Source: an uncultured Gammaproteobacteria bacterium (GTDB lineage: Bacteria; Patescibacteriota; Patescibacteriia; UBA1558; GWA2-36-10). Taken from it: 64,000 nt of DNA. The first letter of the stretch is position 1. Each line of letters opens with the position of its first letter. The stretch is taken from the NCBI GenBank assembly GCA_964633905.1, contig CAZWIT010000003.1:3193-67192 (forward strand), in the 5' to 3' direction. Below the pieces are notes generated by a model, which worked only from the letters and a program-made list of their open reading frames with translations, ran no database searches and was not told the origin of the DNA. Of the stretch, positions 60,226-64,000 are shown piece by piece. The position numbers and the translations under genes were made by a program.

Positions 60226-62448
60226 TTAACGTTTAAAAAATGGTTTACGACCAGAGCCGCTAGCTGCTGGACGTCTCATCGGACGGCTATCTTGCTCTGT
60301 CCAACCTTCTGGCTTAGGTAATAAATCCTTAATAGATAAACTGACGCGATTATTTGCCTTATCAACGTCTACTACTTTTACTTTAACGGTGTCACCGATA
60401 TTAATTTGGTCAGTAATTTTAGCAATGCGTGTATAAGATACTTGAGAAATATGAACCATGCCATCTTTACCAGGCACAAGCTCTACAATTGCGCCAATTT
60501 CACTACCACTATTTCTATCTTTGATAATCTGAGTGACCTTGCCTTCATAAATTTCTCCCACTTCAATCTCTTTAACAATATTTTCAATCCAAGTTTTAGC
60601 TTTTTGTGCCCCTTCGCTATTAACAGAAGTGATTAACACTAAACCATCTTGTTCAATGTCAATTTGTACGCCACATTTATCAATAATCTCATTAATAATC
60701 TTACCGCCAGTGCCAATAACTTCTCTGATTTTTTCTGGATCAATCCGTAAAGTAATAATTCGAGGAGCATATTGAGAAAGTTCACTACGAGGAGCAGTGA
60801 TTGCTTTAGCCATGACTTCCAAAACTTTCATCCGAGCAACTCTGGCTTTGGTAATTGTCTCTTTAACAACATTATAAGAAATGCCGCCAAGCTTAATATC
60901 AAGTTGAATAGCAGTAATACCAGCTTCGGTGCCGGCTACTTTAAAATCCATATGACCAGAGTGGTCTTCGATGCCTTGAATGTCAGTCAAAATTTGATAT
61001 TTATTTGGGTCTTTGTCATCTACTACTAAACCCATGGCAATACCGGCAACTGGTGCTTTGATTGGCACACCAGCGTCCATTAAAGACAAAGTAGAACCAC
61101 AGATAGAGGCCTGTGAAGAAGAGCCATTGGAACCCAAAACTTCAGACACAACTCTAATAGTATAAGGAAAGTCCGCTCCGTCTGGTAAAACTGCTACTAA
61201 GGCTTTTTCAGCTAGAGCACCATGACCAATTTCTCTACGTCCTGGACCACGCAAAGGTTTAACTTCACCAGTAGAATAACCGGGGAAGTTGTAGTGGTGC
61301 ATATATTTTTTAGTACCCGACTCTTCCATACTGTCTAAAGTCTGCTCGTCTCCAGGTGCACCTAAGGTTACTACTGAAAGCACCTGGGTTTCACCACGAG
61401 AAAACAAAGCGCTGCCATGAGTACGTGGCAAAATAGCTACTTCAGCTGACAAGGGACGAATTTCATCAAAAGCTCTATTGTCTGGTCTTTTATTTTTTTC
61501 TAAAACCAAAGTTTTAAAAGTTTTTTCTAAGACCTGATCAAGCATAGCAATGCCCATGGCCCTAGCATCTTTAGAAACTTCATTATCAACTTTTAAAACC
61601 TGATCTAATTCTGTTTTTACTTCTTCAATAGCCGCTTTCATCTTAGACTTATCGGCTTGAAAACAATTATCTAAATTTTTAGTAGCCAAAAAAGTTTGGA
61701 CTTTATCCGTAACCAACTTGCGAATGGCAGCTTTTTCTGGATCAATGCTCGCTTCTTGTTTAGGAAGGCCAACTTCTTTGATAATTTTTTCAATAAAAGG
61801 CAAAATCTTTTGGATATGTTTACCAGCAAACTCAATGGCTTCAATCATCACTGCTTCTGGCACTTGTTTAGCACCAGCTTCAATCATAACTACTTGATCT
61901 TTGACACCAGCTACTAATAAATCAAAGTCGCTTTTTTGTCTAGCTTCAACACTAGGATTGATTACCCATTCCGAACCAATTCTACCAATCTTAATACCAG
62001 CCAAAGGCCCACCCCAAGTAATAGGAGAAATGCCCAAAGCTATTGAGGCGGCAATTAAACTAGGAAAATCAGGCTCATTAATACCATCATAAGACAAAAC
62101 CGTAACCACAACCTGCACGTCATTACGTTGACTCTCCTTAAATAAGGGACGGATGGAACGATCAATCAAACGAGCGGTCAAAATTGCATCATCTGTAGCC
62201 CTGCCTTCGCGTTTAATAAAACGGGAACCCTTAATCTTACCAGCCGCATACAATCTCTCCTCATAATCAACCATGAGTGGGAAATAATCTATACCCTCGC
62301 GTGGCGAGGAAGAAGAAACTGCTGTAGCTAAAACTACGGTTTCACCATAAGTGACCGTACAAGAACCTTGAGCCTGCTGAGCTAATTTGCCAACTTCAAC
62401 ACTTAACTCAATTCCGGCAACTTCGGTACTAAATTTTTTTACCGACAT
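60226..62448 (-). CDS. pnp: Polyribonucleotide nucleotidyltransferase (PNPase)
   Basis: Two RNase PH domains, a KH domain and an S1 domain. 740 aa. Confidence 0.9.
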   Translation of the reverse strand: MSVKKFSTEVAGIELSVEVGKLAQQAQGSCTVTYGETVVLATAVSSSSPREGIDYFPLMVDYEERLYAAGKIKGSRFIKREGRATDDAILTARLIDRSIRPLFKESQRNDVQVVVTVLSYDGINEPDFPSLIAASIALGISPITWGGPLAGIKIGRIGSEWVINPSVEARQKSDFDLLVAGVKDQVVMIEAGAKQVPEAVMIEAIEFAGKHIQKILPFIEKIIKEVGLPKQEASIDPEKAAIRKLVTDKVQTFLATKNLDNCFQADKSKMKAAIEEVKTELDQVLKVDNEVSKDARAMGIAMLDQVLEKTFKTLVLEKNKRPDNRAFDEIRPLSAEVAILPRTHGSALFSRGETQVLSVVTLGAPGDEQTLDSMEESGTKKYMHHYNFPGYSTGEVKPLRGPGRREIGHGALAEKALVAVLPDGADFPYTIRVVSEVLGSNGSSSQASICGSTLSLMDAGVPIKAPVAGIAMGLVVDDKDPNKYQILTDIQGIEDHSGHMDFKVAGTEAGITAIQLDIKLGGISYNVVKETITKARVARMKVLEVMAKAITAPRSELSQYAPRIITLRIDPEKIREVIGTGGKIINEIIDKCGVQIDIEQDGLVLITSVNSEGAQKAKTWIENIVKEIEVGEIYEGKVTQIIKDRNSGSEIGAIVELVPGKDGMVHISQVSYTRIAKITDQINIGDTVKVKVVDVDKANNRVSLSIKDLLPKPEGWTEQDSRPMRRPAASGSGRKPFFKR

Positions 62449-62639
62449 ATTTTTACCTTTCTGATGGTAAAAGACAGGCTAATTTTAAGTTGATTTGACA
62501 AATTTCAGCCTAAAAATATTTTAAGCTCAAATCTGCCAACCAACCTGACGACAAAACTGCTTTTACCCTAATTAAAATTTTATAAATATTATTTTTAAAG
62601 ACCCTGGGCCTAATATAAAGCTACAGGGTCTTATCAAAA

Positions 62640-62996
62640 TTATTCTTTAGTATCAACTTCCTCAATCGGATCTTTATCGATTTGAGCTTCTAGAATCAAA
62701 ACTTCTTCTAGATCTTTTCTTTCTTTTTTAGCAAACTTCAAACCCAAAGTTTTGATTAATTTACTAAAACGTTTTTCATCTTCTCTTTCTAAATAACGTA
62801 AGAGATGGTGACGTAAAGATACTTTAGCCAGTAAACCCCTGCGAGAAGAAAAATCCTTTTTATTCTCTTTTAAATGCTTGGTCAAATCCTTGATTTCTTC
62901 GGTTAGAATGGCTACCTGCACTTCTGGAGAACCAGTGTCATTTTTATGAGTTTTGAATTTCTCAATAATCCTCTGTTTCTTTTTTTTATCTAACAT
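62640..62996 (-). CDS. rpsO: 30S ribosomal protein S15 with a ~30-aa acidic C-terminal extension
   Basis: DTGSPEVQVAILTEEI...SRRGLLAKVSLRHHLLRYL is the S15 core. The rpsO-pnp order is conserved. Confidence 0.8.
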   Translation of the reverse strand: MLDKKKKQRIIEKFKTHKNDTGSPEVQVAILTEEIKDLTKHLKENKKDFSSRRGLLAKVSLRHHLLRYLEREDEKRFSKLIKTLGLKFAKKERKDLEEVLILEAQIDKDPIEEVDTKE

Positions 62997-63148
62997 TTTA
63001 CTTTTCCTTTCCCCTAAATCCTAGCCTAGGCTCTAAGTTAGTTAGTCAGCCTAAACCAAGTGTTTGGGATAAAAATAATTATTAAAGTAATAACAGACTA
63101 ACATTTTTAAAGAAAAAAGTCAATTCTAGAGCTTAAAATACTATAATA

Positions 63149-63177
63149 TTGACAAAATAAGGTAAATATGATATAAT
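63149..63177 (+). promoter_or_regulatory. Perfect consensus sigma70 promoter TTGACA-17-TATAAT driving the high-GC minigene
   Basis: TTGACA at 63149-63154, a 17-bp spacer, TATAAT at 63172-63177. A 7-bp hairpin TTAGGAG-CTCT-CTCCTAA lies at 63192-63209. Confidence 0.6.
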
Positions 63178-63241
63178 ATAAATATTAACTATTAGGAGCT
63201 CTCTCCTAATAAATTATTCACCCCGTCGAAAGCGAGTTGTC

Positions 63242-63415
63242 ATGTTCGATCGTTTCGCCAACAACTACGGCTACGGCGCGCAGCACGACATGGAGCGGGG
63301 AATGCTGGACTCCTGGTCCAGGATGCCCTTGCCCATCTTGATCGCCGTGACTGTCGCCTTCGTCGCTGGCCTGGGCCTGTGGCTCTGCCACGAGCTCCAT
63401 CTCTTCGGGATGTGA
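63242..63415 (+). CDS. Small (57 aa) hydrophobic peptide encoded in a high-GC patch; a foreign-looking minigene
   Basis: MFDRFANNYGYGAQHDMERGMLDSWSRMPLPILIAVTVAFVAGLGLWLCHELHLFGM. One predicted TM helix. Codons are GC3-rich (GCC, GTC, CTG, GGC), unlike the rest of the window. Flanked by a consensus promoter and an intrinsic terminator. The RBS is weak. Confidence 0.4.
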   Translation: MFDRFANNYGYGAQHDMERGMLDSWSRMPLPILIAVTVAFVAGLGLWLCHELHLFGM

Positions 63416-63447
63416 GCGTCTCCGGTCGTAAAACTCCACTGCGGTGG

Positions 63448-63476
63448 AGAGAGAGCCTGACCAGCTCTCTCTTTTT
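63448..63476 (+). terminator. Intrinsic terminator of the minigene
   Basis: Stem GAGAGAGC/GCTCTCTC with a CTGACCA loop, followed by TTTTTT. Confidence 0.75.
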
Positions 63477-63655
63477 TATTTAAAAACACTACTCCTACAG
63501 TCATCCTGAATTTATTTCCCACGGCCCGCCAAAGGCGGAGCCTCGCAGAATGCGGGGCGAGCAGGATCTCCAAATATAAATATAGCTATTTGGAGATGCC
63601 GAATCCGCCAGCCGGCGGATCGGCATGACGGTAGTGTCGTTTTATGATAAAATTA

Positions 63656-63710
63656 ACCCTGTTAAATAGTCCCGCCTTGCGGGACTGCCGCGAGCGGCAT
63701 TTAACAGGGT
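63656..63710. repeat. MITE-like element, copy 4 (minimal 55-bp form), directly abutting the recombinase start codon
   Basis: ACCCTGTTAAAT at 63656-63667 and ATTTAACAGGGT at 63699-63710. Internal hairpins AGTCCCGCCTTGCGGGACT and GCCGCGAGCGGC. Confidence 0.6.
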
Positions 63711-63716
63711 AAAAAC

Positions 63717-64000
63717 ATGAATAAACTTGATTTAAAAAAATACCAAGCTTATCTAAAGCTCCGTGGCCTAAAAAGCATTACTATTAAAAACTACCTTTGG
63801 CATGTTTCTAAATTTTTGCTGTGGCAACAAAATCAAGACCCTAAAAAAATTAATATTAGCAAATACCAAAGCCTGCAACTCAAAACTAAAAAAAATATTG
63901 GCAGTTTAAACTTGCATTTTACTATTTTAAATGATTATTTAAAATTTATTAAAAATAAAAACCAATTTAAACTACTATCCAAACCCTTTATTCCTAAAAA
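63717..64000 (+). CDS. Tyrosine recombinase/integrase (XerC/XerD-like), N-terminal SAM-like core-binding domain; 3' partial, runs off the window
   Basis: MNKLDLKKYQAYLKLRGLKSITIKNYLWHVSKFLLWQQ... matches the phage-integrase N-terminal SAM-like domain pattern (YxxYLxxxGxSxxTIxxYxxxLxxF). Confidence 0.55.
   Translation, partial: MNKLDLKKYQAYLKLRGLKSITIKNYLWHVSKFLLWQQNQDPKKINISKYQSLQLKTKKNIGSLNLHFTILNDYLKFIKNKNQFKLLSKPFIPK

Noticed and set aside
63218-63573. The minus-strand ORFs of 73 and 100 aa
   Set aside because: They lie in the high-GC patch, where stop codons are rare by chance, and run antisense to the promoter/terminator-bracketed 57-aa ORF. No RBS or membrane or motif logic supports them. 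They are kept only as an alternative in case the sense ORF is disproved.
11010-63710. Reading the inverted termini as integron attC sites (GTTAAAT fits the GTTRRRY core and ATTTAAC fits the inverse core RYYYAAC)
   Set aside because: The 12-bp ends are identical in all copies, whereas attC sites vary outside the core. The copies are dispersed in promoters rather than arrayed as cassettes, and no IntI-type integrase with the extra domain is evident. The core match is likely coincidental.
1-64000. A CRISPR array or rRNA operon
   Set aside because: No regularly spaced direct repeats and no 16S/23S-like conserved stretches were seen anywhere in the window.

Overview
This window is low-GC (about one third GC), gene-dense DNA with most genes on the minus strand. 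Its content fits a Patescibacteria/CPR-like or other reduced Gram-positive-type genome: RNase Y with YmdB, HU, and a Gram-positive style VirB4 N-domain with a PrgI-like VirB3. That assignment is inferred from gene content only.

Housekeeping genes are recG (5' partial), efp, the rpsF-ssb-rpsR operon, rsmA, tsaC, leuS, infB-rbfA-nrnA, clpP, rny-ymdB-hup, comM, lspA, rpsO-pnp and a THUMP methyltransferase. Six tRNA genes lie on the minus strand (Ser-CGA, Leu-CAG, Ala-CGC, Pro-CGG, Gly-CCC and an unusual Ile-UAU), interleaved with membrane-protein genes.

The accessory content is a two-block type IV secretion-like locus on the minus strand, split by the ribosomal-protein operon:
- Block 1 (1905-10985) holds two tandem pilin-like Cys-rich paralogs that share a 147-bp perfectly identical core. 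It also holds a TolB-like propeller, two small membrane proteins, VirB4 split into two overlapping ORFs, and a PrgI/VirB3-like protein.
- Block 2 (14391-27940) holds a VirB6-like polytopic protein, a 2957-aa Cys-rich giant secreted protein with jelly-roll/CBM-like modules, and a thrombospondin-type-3-repeat membrane protein.

Other notable items:
- A family of four short elements bounded by identical 12-bp inverted termini (ACCCTGTTAAAT / ATTTAACAGGGT), all in promoter-proximal intergenic regions.
- A roughly 300-bp high-GC minigene at 63149-63476 with a consensus sigma70 promoter, a 57-aa hydrophobic peptide and an intrinsic terminator. It abuts one of the repeat copies and a tyrosine recombinase gene that runs off the window end.
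- A catalytically dead NrnA/DHH paralog.
- A tRNA-flanked atypical ORF.
- Several ORF-free structured regions.

No CRISPR array and no rRNA genes were seen.
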